Notes under the pieces: model-generated | What the model saw: only the letters and a program-made list of their open reading frames with translations | Told to the model about the DNA's origin: nothing | The model's database searches: none | Part shown: positions 1 to 10,975 of the stretch, one piece after another | Layout: every line of letters starts with the position of its first letter | Numbering within the stretch: position 1 is the stretch's first letter | DNA from: Squalus acanthias | Lineage: Eukaryota | Direction: 5' to 3' | DNA length: 64,000 bases | NCBI GenBank assembly: GCA_030390025.1 | Contig: CM059432.1 | Location: 62,064,001 to 62,128,000 of the forward strand | Position numbers and translations under genes: made by a program

Positions 1-352
1 CAGTGCTGAGGGTGTGCTGCACTGTCGGAGGTGCCGTCTTTCGGATGAGACGTTAAACCGAGGCCCCGTCTGCTCTCTCAGGTAGACGTAAAAGATCCCA
101 TGGCACTATTTCGAAGAAGAGCAGGTGAGTTATCCCCGGTGTCCTGGTCAATATTTATCCCTCAATCAACATCTCTGGAAAAACAGATTATCTGGTCATT
201 ATCACATTGCTGTTTGTGTGAGCTTGCTGTGCGCAAATTGGCTGCCGCGTTTCCCACATTACAACAGTGACTACACTCCAAAAGTACTTCATTGGCTGTA
301 AAGCGGTTCGAGACGTCTGGTGGTCGTGAAAGACGCTCTGTAAATGCAAGTC
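1..352 (+). mobile_element. Deu-domain tRNA-derived SINE (SacSINE1-like), 5' end cut by the window edge
   Basis: Deu core (gtaaaagatcccatggcactatttcgaagaagagcag...cagattatctggtcattatcacattgctgtttgt) and tail ending taaatgcaagtc; matches the full copy at 38931-39395. Confidence 0.85.
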
Positions 353-1599
353 GATCTTTTTTTAACCTGGCAATTAAAATCGTGCTGCTTATCTGGCCAG
401 CATGTATCTGTCTGGACAGTTATCTTCCATAAGTGTATCTGTGTTCACATGTACCCTGCAAGCATTTGTAATGCAAAACATCCTTATGATAAAAGTTTAA
501 ATGTACAATAATGTACTACCTATTCAGTTAACCAAAACTGTGTTATTGTAATTGGTATTTTTCTTTGCCATCATGTATGTATGCTCCATTAAAGGAGAAG
601 GAAAAACTAGAGGGACTACTTTTTGTTGAAAGTATGTAATTTTTTGCAGAAATGCCAATTTTTTGCCAAGATGGAGAGCCCTACGCTGGCATTCCCCACT
701 GCTGGCCTGCTCCAGTGGTGTTACAGATTGGAGGTAGTTCTTATCCATAGTAAACCACAAGGATTGCAGAGAGTGGTTCTTGGGCCACTTCAGGACCACT
801 ATAGAGTGCTGGTTGTCAAATAAACAATGATATGATTTCCACCAATGCTCCTTGTACTAATTTATCCAGTTTATAATCAATCTTTGTCCCAGCAGACAAA
901 CCATGCCTTGCTGACAGTAAAGACAAGGTGGACATATTGACATACAGGCCAAAACAGACACCAATATAACCAACATGGCAGCCACAAACAAAAGTAATGC
1001 TGGCCTGTAACTACTTGGCAATGCCGGCAACAACGCGATCATAAATTATGCAATTAAAACCAAGATGTACAGATTAAAAATTTTAATCGTGAAATTAATT
1101 GTGATTACATTTTTTAATTGCTTGACAGCTCTACTTTGTGAACATCTGAATAGAACCTGCAATGTTACAATTTTGCAACATCTTTCAGTGATTCAGATAA
1201 ATGTGGGATTTAATTTACAAAAACATGATAAACAACTCTGGCAGTGATGTCTTTCTCAGTCCCTGCAATAAACAAAAGCAAACAACCTGCTGCTGATATT
1301 GAGGGGAGGGACTGTCAGCAGTGAACCTAGGGTGACAAGGTGTTTACTGCTGTATGTCAGGGATGAGACCCAGGTGGAAGCCCTGTATTTTCCAAATGCT
1401 ACAATACAAAAATATTAATAGCATTAATGCCTTTTCAATATGCTGCAAATATATGCGCTTTGAGATTTGTATATGATGCATGGCTATTCGGCTGTTTTTA
1501 TGTTCTCCCCAAACAACCTGGACAAGTGATTTGTAATTTGAGGACTGGGCCAAAAAAAAAAATTTTTGTAGCTGCTTATATTTTTCTTTTTCTTCTAAT

Positions 1600-2075
1600 C
1601 TGCCCCTCTTCTCTCTCTCCCTACCCCCCACCCACCTTTTTTGGTGGCTCCTTGCTGGAATAAGGTACCACAGAATTTGGTTGCTCTCTGGTATCTCACT
1701 CAAGTAGCCAATCTTCCTGTTTGAAATTGGAAGCAAACTGCAAGAATGCGGGGATGTCATAGCCAAGCTGAATCCTGATCCGAAGTTTGTACATGCATTT
1801 TATTTGAATAATACCTAAGTTAAGTCTTACTCCTCTTTCACATTTTGTTCCTAAGAGGTTGTTAGGTCAAATAAAAATGCAGCAGGGGGTCACTGGATTG
1901 TGAGTGGAAACCCTGGCAGATTTTCTCCTTTCTAATCCAGGGGCGCCGTGGCAAATTTAGCACCTCTATCGCTGCTCCAGTTCAGATAAGCTAAATCAGA
2001 CAAACCAGGGATCAAAATGAAATTTCTCTGCTCTGTATGGTCAGTCACAACGTCAACCAGCTGAACCATCAGAGG
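1600..2075 (-). mobile_element. Old, degraded SINE-like repeat (related copy at ~23100-23430)
   Basis: Shares gggtc(a/t)ctgga, gc(a/c)cct..(c)gctg and (c)agctaa motifs with 23100-23430; possible degenerate tRNA-like head at the right end; boundaries uncertain. Confidence 0.4.
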
Positions 2076-2629
2076 TGTTTAGTGGTAACTTTTTCAAACA
2101 ATACTGTAGTCCAATACATTTAATTAATTTATACCATATACAGTAATATGCAGCAAAGCATTATAGCTAGTATATAAAATACCAAAGTTAACATTGGGAA
2201 ATTTTGCAATTTAAAATGTATTTTTCTGCAATTTCTTACTGTGGCCACTGGGTGGCTCTACACTTCAGGCAAGCTCTGTATTGACAGTTAAAGAAAACCA
2301 AATATTCGTGCTTCATTTTGCATTTTAGCTATACTCTGGGGAGAAGTGTAACTTAAGGGTTCCTTGAGGCCTAAAAGACATAACTCTCCTTCCCCATTCC
2401 ATGCCCTGCACACAGGAACCACCTCCCAGGTGGAGAAATATGACCAGCATGTAAGAGGGTATTAACTCAACATCAAAGCTTTGTCTGAAGCCCAACCCAG
2501 CTTAATCATCCATCAATATTAACAGAACCTCCATGCCTCTTTCTCTCCCCCACCACCCCCAGTCCCCCTGACCAGCCAAACTGAATGGAAGGGGCAATAA
2601 CAGATTCGCAAAATCTATGTAAATATATT

Positions 2630-3415
2630 GGCCCGGAATTTGTGGTCGGGATGATGGAAAACTGTCAGCGTTCGCTGCCTGCCATTCAGCCTTTGAAACT
2701 GACTGCAACTTTCGGAATTTGGTGCATGTGCAGGCTAATGCGGAAATCTCAAAGTTGTGGTCTGTCATTGACGACTCCGAAACAGGCTGCGCTGGGCCCC
2801 TGTGTCCCCCCCCCCCCCCCCCCTTTAGAGCCAGCAATCTGTGTAATCAGCCAAATCATTGAAATTGACAAAAACTTCAGCTCTTCCGCAGTTATTACTC
2901 TGCTAAATTCCCCACTAAAAGATAGACCAAAAGGGATCAGGTGTATCTGGGGGTTTGACAGCGTTATTACTGCTAAACAAATGTTAAGGGCCTGGAAACA
3001 ATTTAATTTTGTGCAGTTTGTAAATTGTCCATTTTAATAAAAAATATAAATTTAAGAAACTTTTCAAAAATATTTTCACTTTTTTTTGGTTTATCTATCT
3101 TTGTTTCAGGTTTGCCTTTTCCCCATGTGAGAGGCCCAATCTTTGTTTTGCTCTCTAACATTTTTTAAAAGTTAGAATTTTAAGAGCTTACTCATTTGTT
3201 CACTGAGAATTCTGCATTTTGATTGGCTGCTTAGACAGCCTGTTGACGTCACAGCAGTTCGCACAAGGCAATCTCCACTAACTTCCGTTGATTTGAATTG
3301 AAGGTCAGAAAACCCACTGTTCGCGACACAGGGATCGCAAGATCCTTGTGCGAAGCGTACATCGGGGCCAGCGGGCGAATGCCTTCGCTTCGCTGCTGAC
3401 CACGAATTCCGGGCC
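2630..3415. mobile_element. Non-autonomous DNA transposon (PIF/Harbinger-type MITE)
   Basis: TIRs ggcccggaatttgtggtc / gaccacgaattccgggcc; AT-rich centre, GC-rich subtermini; flanks att/aat. Confidence 0.8.
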
Positions 3416-5563
3416 AATATGAAAATAAAAGATACAAACATATAAGTTGAAACTGTTTCTAAGCCACTAATTTACTTAAGAAAACATCTTGCCTTACAAT
3501 CACTTTTAATGATCTGTTCAGCATAAGTAATTCTAGTTAAACTCATATGTTTAAAAAAAAGTGTTTTACTCAGCCGATTTAAAAAAAAAACCTTGAACTT
3601 ATTGACGGTTTTGACTCAATGTTTTTCCTCTGTCCTTGACATGTCACATGTATAGCGCTTTGCCAAAAGGATTCAGTGAACTGGAGTACTGGTGTCTGTG
3701 GAACTAGATATCTCGGTCAAGGCTCAAGAATAACCCTATAGATATGATCATGGTGGACTGATTTCTTCTCTTTTCTCCTCCCCCCCCCCCCCCCCCCCCC
3801 CACTTGTATACTTGGCCTAACAAACTTAATTATTCCCATGATATGCTTCAAATTATTAGCTATTCAGCACTGTTTGGAGTTTTGTGTGATTTGCAGAGAC
3901 AGACCTTAATATAGTAAGATTTTGCTAAGCAAGTTCTTTCCCTACTAGAACAGAAAATTATTGATGTAATCTTCGAAGGGAAGTTTTGTCTGAACTCTTT
4001 ATTTTCATGGAATCTTTTTTACATGGTTTGAGAATTAATTCCCTCACATCTAATAAAGATTTGGAAACTAATTGCTAGTGCATCTCAGTTTTGAGAGATC
4101 TGGACGACTTGTTTATCATATCACATGAGCTTTTTTGTTTAATATGGTCTCCATTAGGGGGCATTGTAACTTCACAAGCCAAGTAGTATATAGCATTTCC
4201 AGTGCTACAGGCAGAACAACTATGGTTTGTTCTAGAAACTTCGTGACAATTTTATTTTGTTATAGGATAATTCAGTGTAGTTATTTGTTGGGGGGTGGGG
4301 GGGGGGGAGAAATGTTACATTTCAATGCGATCTGGATTTGTATTGGCCAGAGTGATGGCCGTGATTGTTGATGGCCTTGTTTTAGAGAGGTTTTGTTTTG
4401 GAAACCTAAAAATGTAGGCTTCACTAGATGTTTAAATGTGTTCTGAGAGATTTTGTTGAAGTTGGTAACTTTATTCTGAAGTGGAAAACTACTATTTGAA
4501 GTATTGCTTGGCCAGAGATTGTATAATGGTGTGTCCAATTTATCTTTTCATATTGTGCCAGATTTACCCACACGCAATCTGTTTCTAGCTTTCTTTTAAT
4601 GACTGGGGTTCAGATTACCTTTATTTAAATATTGTTTAACTAAGGAGTGGCGCTGATGTATGAGGGCCAGATCATCCTACAGTTACTTTTGTGCAAGGTA
4701 CAGAAAGGAAATGAACTGCAAAAATAAAGTTCAAAAGTAAGATGACATAAAATCAAAACCTTAAGGAAGCAAAGAAGCAATCTTTTGAGTTAATTGATAG
4801 CTCCACTGTCATGCGTTCAAAATAGGGAATGTCCCTGTGATTTGTCTTGAATGGCAAGTTTATGACCTTGATCTTTTGTCAGTGGTGACCATGTACGTAC
4901 GTTTGAGGCCTTCAGAGACTGGTGGGCACCGCAGGGCCTGGAGTGTTTGGTGAACACAGGCAATAATATTATTATTTAAGTTCTAAGTTTCCTTTGTTTT
5001 TTGATTTAGTTTTAGATTAGTTGTAGGGCACTTTTGTTTGATGACATTGGGCAACCCAGTGTCTCCTTATAGTTTCATTAAAGAAAAGGCACACTAATAA
5101 GAAAATAAGGATGAGTCACCCTGCTGTTACACACAACGTAGTGGCTGGGCATAGGTGCAAATCATTTGTTGGTCCTCTTGGATGGGGAATTGTCAGCACA
5201 TACTCTAATTCTTGAAAATTGTAAACTGAGTTTTGCTTCCAATTTCCACCCTTCCCTCACCATCACATGGTCCATCTCCGACTCTTCCCTTCCCTTCCTC
5301 GACTTCTCCGTCTCCATCTCTAGGGATAGGTTATTGACAAACATTCACTACAAGCCCACTGACTCCCACAGCTACCTGGACTACACTTCCTCCCACCCCG
5401 CCTCCTGTAAGGACTCTATTCCATTCTCCCAGTTTCTCCGTCTCCGCCGCATCTGCTCTGACGATGCCATCTTCCATACCAGTGCTTCCGACATGTCTTT
5501 TTTCCTCAACTGAGGATTCCCCTCTACAGTGGTTGACACGGCCCTCTACCGTGTCCGTTCTAT

Positions 5564-5933
5564 AAGAACATAAGAAATAGGAGCAGGAGTAGACCAATCG
5601 GCCCCTCGAGCCTGCTCCGCCATTCAATGAGATCATGGCTGATCTGATCCAACCTCAACTCTAAAGAACACAAGAAGTAGGAGCAGGACCAGGCCACTCG
5701 GCCCCTGGGCCCGCTCCACCACCCACAGGGCCTTGACCGATCCGAAGTCAAACTCATGTCCAATTTCCAGCCCGCTCCCCGTAACCCCTGATTCCCTTTA
5801 CTTCTAGGAAACGGTCTATTTCTGTTTTAAATTTATTTAATGAAGTAGCTTCCACAGCTTCCTGGGGTAGCAAATTCCACAGACCCACTACCCTCTGAGT
5901 GAAAAAGTTTCTCCTCATCTCAGTTTTGAAAGA
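5564..5933 (-). mobile_element. Short 5'-truncated CR1 LINE 3' end, head-to-tail with the long copy
   Basis: Encodes FKTEMRRNFFTQRVV...GYGERAG, followed by 3'UTR and (ttcttatg)n tail. Confidence 0.85.
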
Positions 5934-8900
5934 ACATAAGAACATAAGAAATAGGAGCAGGAGTAGGCCAATCGGCCCCTCGAGCCTGCTCCGCCATTCA
6001 ATAAGATCATGGCTGATCTGATCCTAACCGCCAATCTACTATCTATCACAGAACCATCTCCTGCATCTAACAGAATTGCACACACGAAATAGGAGCAGAA
6101 TCAGTCTACACGGTCCCTGGGCCCGCTCCACTACCCACAGGGCCATGACCGATCCGAACCTAGACTCATGTCCAAATTCCTGCCCGCTCCCCGTAACCCT
6201 TAATGCCCTTTACTTCTAGGAAACTGTCTATTTCTGTTTTAAATTTATTTAATGATGTAGCTTCTACAGCTTTTTGTGGCAGCATATTCCATGGACCTAC
6301 CACCCTCTGAGTGAAGTAGTTCCTCCTCATCTCAGTTTTGAAAGAGCAGCCCCTTATTCTAAGACTATGTCCCCTAGTTCTAGTCTCACCCGTCATCGGG
6401 AACATCCTCCCCGCATCCACCCGATCCAACCCCTTCACAATCTTATATGTTTCAATAAGATCGCCTCTCATTCTTCTGAACTCCAATGAGTAGAGTCCCA
6501 ATCTACCCAACCTCTCCTCATATGACCACCCCCTCATCCCCGGGATTAACCGAGTGAACCTTTTTTGCACTGCCTCGAGAGCAAGGATGTCTTTCCTTAA
6601 GTAAGGACACCAAAACTGTATGCAGTATTCCAGGTGCGGTCTCACCAATACCTTGTACAACTGAAGCAATACCTCCCTATTTTTATATTCTATCCCCCTA
6701 GCAATGAAAGCCAACATTCCATTTGCCTTCTTAATCACTTGCTGCACCTGCATACTAACTTTTTGATTTTCTTGCACCAAGACCCCCAGATCCCTTTGTA
6801 CTGCAGTACTTTCCAGTTTCTTGCCATTAAGATAATAACTTGCTCTCTGATTTTTCCTGCCAAAGTGCATAACCTCACATTTTCCAATATTGTATTGCAT
6901 CTGCCAAATCTCTGCCCACTCACCCAGCCTGTCTATATCCCCTTGTAGATTTTTTATGTCCTCCTCACTCTCTACTTTCCCTCCCATCTTTGTATCATCT
7001 GCAAACTTTGATATGTTACACTCGGTCCCCTCCTCCAAATCGTTAATATAGATTGTAAAGAGTTGGGGACCCAGCACCGACCCCTGCGGAACACCACTGG
7101 CTACTGGTTGCCAGTCCGAGAATGAACCATTTATCCCAACTCTCTGCTTCCTGTTAGATAACCAATCCTCCACCCATGCCAGAATATTACCCCCAATCCA
7201 GTGATTTTTTATCTTGAGTAATAATCTTTTATGTGGCACCTTGTCGAATGCCTTCTGGAAGTCTAAATACACTACATCCACTGGTTCCCCTTTATCCACC
7301 CTGTACGTTATGTCCTCAAAGAACTCGAGCAAATTTGTCAGACATGACTTCCCCTTCATAAAGCCATGCTGACTTTGTCCTATTAAATTATGTTTATCTA
7401 AATGTTCCGTTACTGTCTCCTTAATAATAGACTCCAAAATTTTACCCACCACAGATGTTAGGCTAACTGGTCTATAATTTCCAGCCTTCTGCCTACTACC
7501 CTTTTTAAATAAGGGTGTTACATTAGCAGTTTTCCAATCTGCCGGGACCTTTGCTGAGTTCAGGGAGTTTTGGAAAATTATTACCAAAGCATCCACAATT
7601 CCTACTGCCACTTCCCTCAAGACCCTAGGATGTAAACCATCAGGTCCAGGGGATTTATCCGCCTTGAGTCCCATTATTTTACTGAGTACCAATTCCTTAG
7701 TGGTTTTAATCGTATTTAGCTCCTCCCCCACTAGAGCCCCCTGTTTGTCCAGTGTTGGGATATTCTTAGTGTCCTCTACCGTAAAGACTGAAACAAAATA
7801 TTTGTTCAGCATTTTTGCCATCTCCATGTTTCCCCCCATTAATTTCCCGGTCTCATCCTCTAAGGGACCTACGTTTGCCTTGACCACCCTTTTTCTTTTT
7901 ATATAACTATAGAAACTCTTGCTATCTGTTTTTATATTTTTTGCTAATTTATTTTCATAGTCTATTTTCCCTTTCTTAATCAATCCTTTAGTTACTTTTT
8001 GTTGTCTTTTGAAGACTTCCCAATCTTCTATCCTCTCACTAACTTTGGCTACCTTATATGTCCTTTTTAGTTGGATACTTTCTTTAATTTCTTTACTTAG
8101 CCATGGATGGCTGTCATTTCTTTTACACCCTTTTTTCCTCAGTGGAATATATTTATTTTGAAAGTTGTAAAATAACTCCTTGAATGAACACCACTGCTCA
8201 TGTACCGTCTTACCCTTTAATCTATTTTCCCAGTCCACTTTAATCAATTCTGCTCTCATGCCATCATAGTCTCCTTTATTCAAGCTCAGTATGCTTGTTT
8301 GAGAACCAACCTTCTCACCCTCTAATTGGATATGGAATTCAACCATGTTATGGTCACTCATTCCAAGGGGATCCTTAACTAGGACATTATTAATTAATCC
8401 AGACTCATTACACAGTACCAGGTCCAAGGTTGCTTGCCCCCTTGTAGGATCAGTTACATACTGCTCAAGAAATCCATCCCTAAGACACTCAATAAACTCC
8501 TCCTCAAGGCTGCCCTGCCCAATTTGATTTGTCCAGTTAATATGATAGTTAAAATCCCCCATAATTATAGCTGTTCCCTTATTACATGCCCCAACTATTT
8601 CCTGATTAATACTTCTTCCAACAGAGTTGCAACTATTAGGAGGCCTATATACTACGCCTACCAGTGTTTTTTTCCCCTTATTATTCCTTATCTCTACCCA
8701 AACTGTTTCATTATCCTGATCTTTTGACCAAATATAATTTCTCTGTAGTACAGTGATTCCTTCCTTTATTAACATAGCCACCCCCCCTCCCCTTCCTTCC
8801 TGCCTGTCCTTCCTGATTGTTAAATACCCTGGCATGTTTAATTCCCAGACGTTGTCACCCTGCAGCCATGTTTCTGTAATGGCCACAAGATCATACCCAT

Positions 8901-9113
8901 ACATAGTTATTTGTGCCGTTAACTCGTCAATTTTGTTACGAATGCTACGTGCATTCAGATAAAGAACTTTCAAATGTGTTTTGCGACACTTACTTCCTGC
9001 TTTTTCCTTATTTAACACTTTACCTTTTACTCCATACCTTCTGTCCCTTCCTGACATGCTTTCCTCTGTCTCCCTGCTCAGGTTCCCAACCCCCTGCCAC
9101 ATTAGTTTAAATC
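5934..9113 (-). mobile_element. CR1 (HER1-like) LINE, 5'-truncated at the ORF1/ORF2 boundary
   Basis: Complete ORF2, 3'UTR with terminal hairpin module and ttcttatg repeats; 5' end at ggaggatttaaactaa, resembling the usual CR1 ORF1 terminus. Confidence 0.92.
6166..9102 (-). CDS. CR1 ORF2 (AP endonuclease + reverse transcriptase), 978 aa, uninterrupted
   Basis: EN motifs YLNARS, ITETW, GDFN, LDLVL, SDH; RT motifs [27 protein letters not shown]. The first ~40 aa of the 1023-aa track ORF are antisense Penelope sequence, so ATG 9102 is used. Confidence 0.9.
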   Translation of the reverse strand: MWQGVGNLSRETEESMSGRDRRYGVKGKVLNKEKAGSKCRKTHLKVLYLNARSIRNKIDELTAQITMYGYDLVAITETWLQGDNVWELNMPGYLTIRKDRQEGRGGGVAMLIKEGITVLQRNYIWSKDQDNETVWVEIRNNKGKKTLVGVVYRPPNSCNSVGRSINQEIVGACNKGTAIIMGDFNYHINWTNQIGQGSLEEEFIECLRDGFLEQYVTDPTRGQATLDLVLCNESGLINNVLVKDPLGMSDHNMVEFHIQLEGEKVGSQTSILSLNKGDYDGMRAELIKVDWENRLKGKTVHEQWCSFKELFYNFQNKYIPLRKKGCKRNDSHPWLSKEIKESIQLKRTYKVAKVSERIEDWEVFKRQQKVTKGLIKKGKIDYENKLAKNIKTDSKSFYSYIKRKRVVKANVGPLEDETGKLMGGNMEMAKMLNKYFVSVFTVEDTKNIPTLDKQGALVGEELNTIKTTKELVLSKIMGLKADKSPGPDGLHPRVLREVAVGIVDALVIIFQNSLNSAKVPADWKTANVTPLFKKGSRQKAGNYRPVSLTSVVGKILESIIKETVTEHLDKHNLIGQSQHGFMKGKSCLTNLLEFFEDITYRVDKGEPVDVVYLDFQKAFDKVPHKRLLLKIKNHWIGGNILAWVEDWLSNRKQRVGINGSFSDWQPVASGVPQGSVLGPQLFTIYINDLEEGTECNISKFADDTKMGGKVESEEDIKNLQGDIDRLGEWAEIWQMQYNIGKCEVMHFGRKNQRASYYLNGKKLESTAVQRDLGVLVQENQKVSMQVQQVIKKANGMLAFIARGIEYKNREVLLQLYKVLVRPHLEYCIQFWCPYLRKDILALEAVQKRFTRLIPGMRGWSYEERLGRLGLYSLEFRRMRGDLIETYKIVKGLDRVDAGRMFPMTGETRTRGHSLRIRGCSFKTEMRRNYFTQRVVGPWNMLPQKAVEATSLNKFKTEIDSFLEVKGIKGYGERAGIWT

Positions 9114-10077
9114 CTCCCGCACTTCTGCCCTCACCCCTGCCCCTCCCTCCCGGAACCACGATAGAGTTCCCCTTGTCCTCACCTTTCACCCCACCAGCCT
9201 CCACATTCAACGGATCATCCTCCGCCATTTCCGCCACCTCCAGCGTGATCCCACCACCAAACGCATCTTCCCCTCACCTCCCCTTTCAGCATTCCGCAGG
9301 GACCGCTCCCTCCGCGACACCCTAGTCCACTCCTCTATCACCCCTTCCCCTTCGCCCGGCACCTTCCCGTGCAAGCGCAGGAGATGCAACACATGCCCTT
9401 ATACCTCTCCCCTTCCCACTGTCCAGGGCCCCAAACACCCCTTCCAGGTGAAACAGCGATTTACTTGTACTTCTTGCAATTTAGTATACTGTATTCGCTG
9501 CTCACGATGTGGTCTCCTCTACATTGGGGAGACCAAACGTAGATTGGGTGACCGCTTTGCGGAACACCTCCGTTCAGTCCGTAAGGGGGACCCCGAGCTT
9601 CCGGTCGCTAGTCACTTTAATTCTTCGCACCACTCCCACTCAGACCTCACCGTCCTCGGCCTCTTGAATTGTTCCACGGAAGCTCAGCGTACGCTTGAAC
9701 AGCACCTCATCTTTCGATTAGGCACTTACAGCCCTCTGGACTCAACATAGAGTTCAACAATTTCAGATCATAACCTCGGCCCCTTTCGTATATATATTTT
9801 TTTATCCACCCTTTTTGTTTGTGCCTTTTGTTCTTCTCTCCCACATGGCAGCTGTCTTTCATTCTGCCAGCGCAATTCACACTTCATCTAGAGCCATCTT
9901 TTGTTTCTCATCCTGTCCCATTACCATCTCCTTTTGCCTTGAATATCTCTTAATGTCTCTTTAATTCTCCTGCCTTTTTATCCTATCACAGACCTTCCTT
10001 TTGTTCTTTCATCCCCTCCCCCATTTCCCAGCCCCTAAACTTGCTTCAAAATCTGTTCCATTTCCTGCTTTTTTTCC

Positions 10078-10114
10078 AGTTCTGACGAAAGGTCATCGAC
10101 CTGAAACGTTAACT
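10078..10114 (+). ncRNA. Minimal type I hammerhead ribozyme in the Penelope terminal repeat
   Basis: AGUU-CUGACGA-A-AGGUC-auc-GACCU-GAA-ACGU-U^AACU: intact core, helix II 5 bp, helix I AGUU/AACU, loopless palindromic helix III (ACGU) typical of dimeric Penelope hammerheads. Confidence 0.75.
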
Positions 10115-10457
10115 CTGTTTCTCTCTTCACAGATGCTGCCTGACCTGCTGAGTGTCTCCAGCATTTTCTGTTTTTATTTCAGATTTCCAGCATCTGCAGT
10201 ATTTTCTTTTTGTTTTTAATATGTGAGTTTTGTGAATAGTGAAAATGCCATTTTATCCCATAGACTAATAGTAGCAAGAGGCAAAGAATTGCTCTGGTTG
10301 CTGTGTGGCAACGTTGTAAGTGCCTTCAAAAAGATGTTCATGTTTTTACATATAGTGACCACAGCAATTCTCCCCACTTCCCAATGGTCCTTAAATTATG
10401 TATTTAAAAATTAAGTCTTGCTATTGGTATCCTTCTCAAGTGTCTGTAATATCCATT

Positions 10458-10975
10458 TAGGATGGTGTGTGACTTGGAGGGAAACATGGAGGTGGTGGTG
10501 TTCCCTTGCACCTGCTGCCCTTAACCTGCTAGGTTGTGAAGGTCACAGGCTTGGAAGGTGCTGTCGAAGAAGCTTCGGCGAGTTGCTTCAGTGCATCCTG
10601 TAGATGGTACACACTGCAGCCACGGTGTGCCGGTGGTGGAGGGAGTGAATGTTGAAGGTGTTGAATGGACTGCCGATCAAGCACTGCTTTGTCCTGGATG
10701 GTGTCGAGCTTTTTGAGTATTGTTGTAGCTGCATCCATCCAGGCAAGTGGAAAGTATTCCATTACAATCCCTGACTTGTGCCTTGTAGATGGCGGAGAGG
10801 CTTTGGGGAGTGAGGAGGTGAGACACTCGCCACAGAATACCCAGCTTCTGATCTGCTTTAGTAGCCGCGGCATTTAAGTGGCTGGTCCAGTTAAGTTTCT
10901 GGTCTGATGTTGATGCTGAGGGTTTTGGCGATGGTAATGCCATTGAATGTCGAAGGGAGGTGGTTAGACCCTCTT
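10458..10975 (-). mobile_element. LINE family B fragment (ORF C-terminal region)
   Basis: DQKLNWTSH..LGILWRVSHLLTPQSLSAIYKAQVR; same family as 46716-49985. Confidence 0.85.

Larger units (their letters stand above)
5230..10218 (+). mobile_element. 5'-truncated Penelope-like retroelement (RT C-terminus, GIY-YIG endonuclease, terminal repeat), split by CR1 insertions at ~5564-9113
   Basis: LPFLD..YKPTDSHSYLDYTSSHP..IPFSQFLRLRRICS (5166 ORF) resumes after 9114; NLVYCIRCSRCGLLYIGETKRRLGDRFAEH GIY-YIG motif (9448 ORF); terminal repeat at ~10070-10218. Confidence 0.9.

Noticed and set aside
3779..3801. Long poly-C/G tracts (also ~2806-2823, 4291-4307, 23110-23129)
   Set aside because: Simple homopolymers, common in such genomes and unreliable in length; no functional evidence.
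524..4538. Numerous 60-150 aa ORFs in intronic DNA (and similar ones across the window)
   Set aside because: No domains, no consistent splice structure, many non-ATG starts; expected by chance or antisense to transposon ORFs.
9103..9237. N-terminal 45 aa of the 1023-aa ORF as a real protein leader
   Set aside because: Mostly the antisense strand of the host Penelope element, open by chance across the insertion junction.
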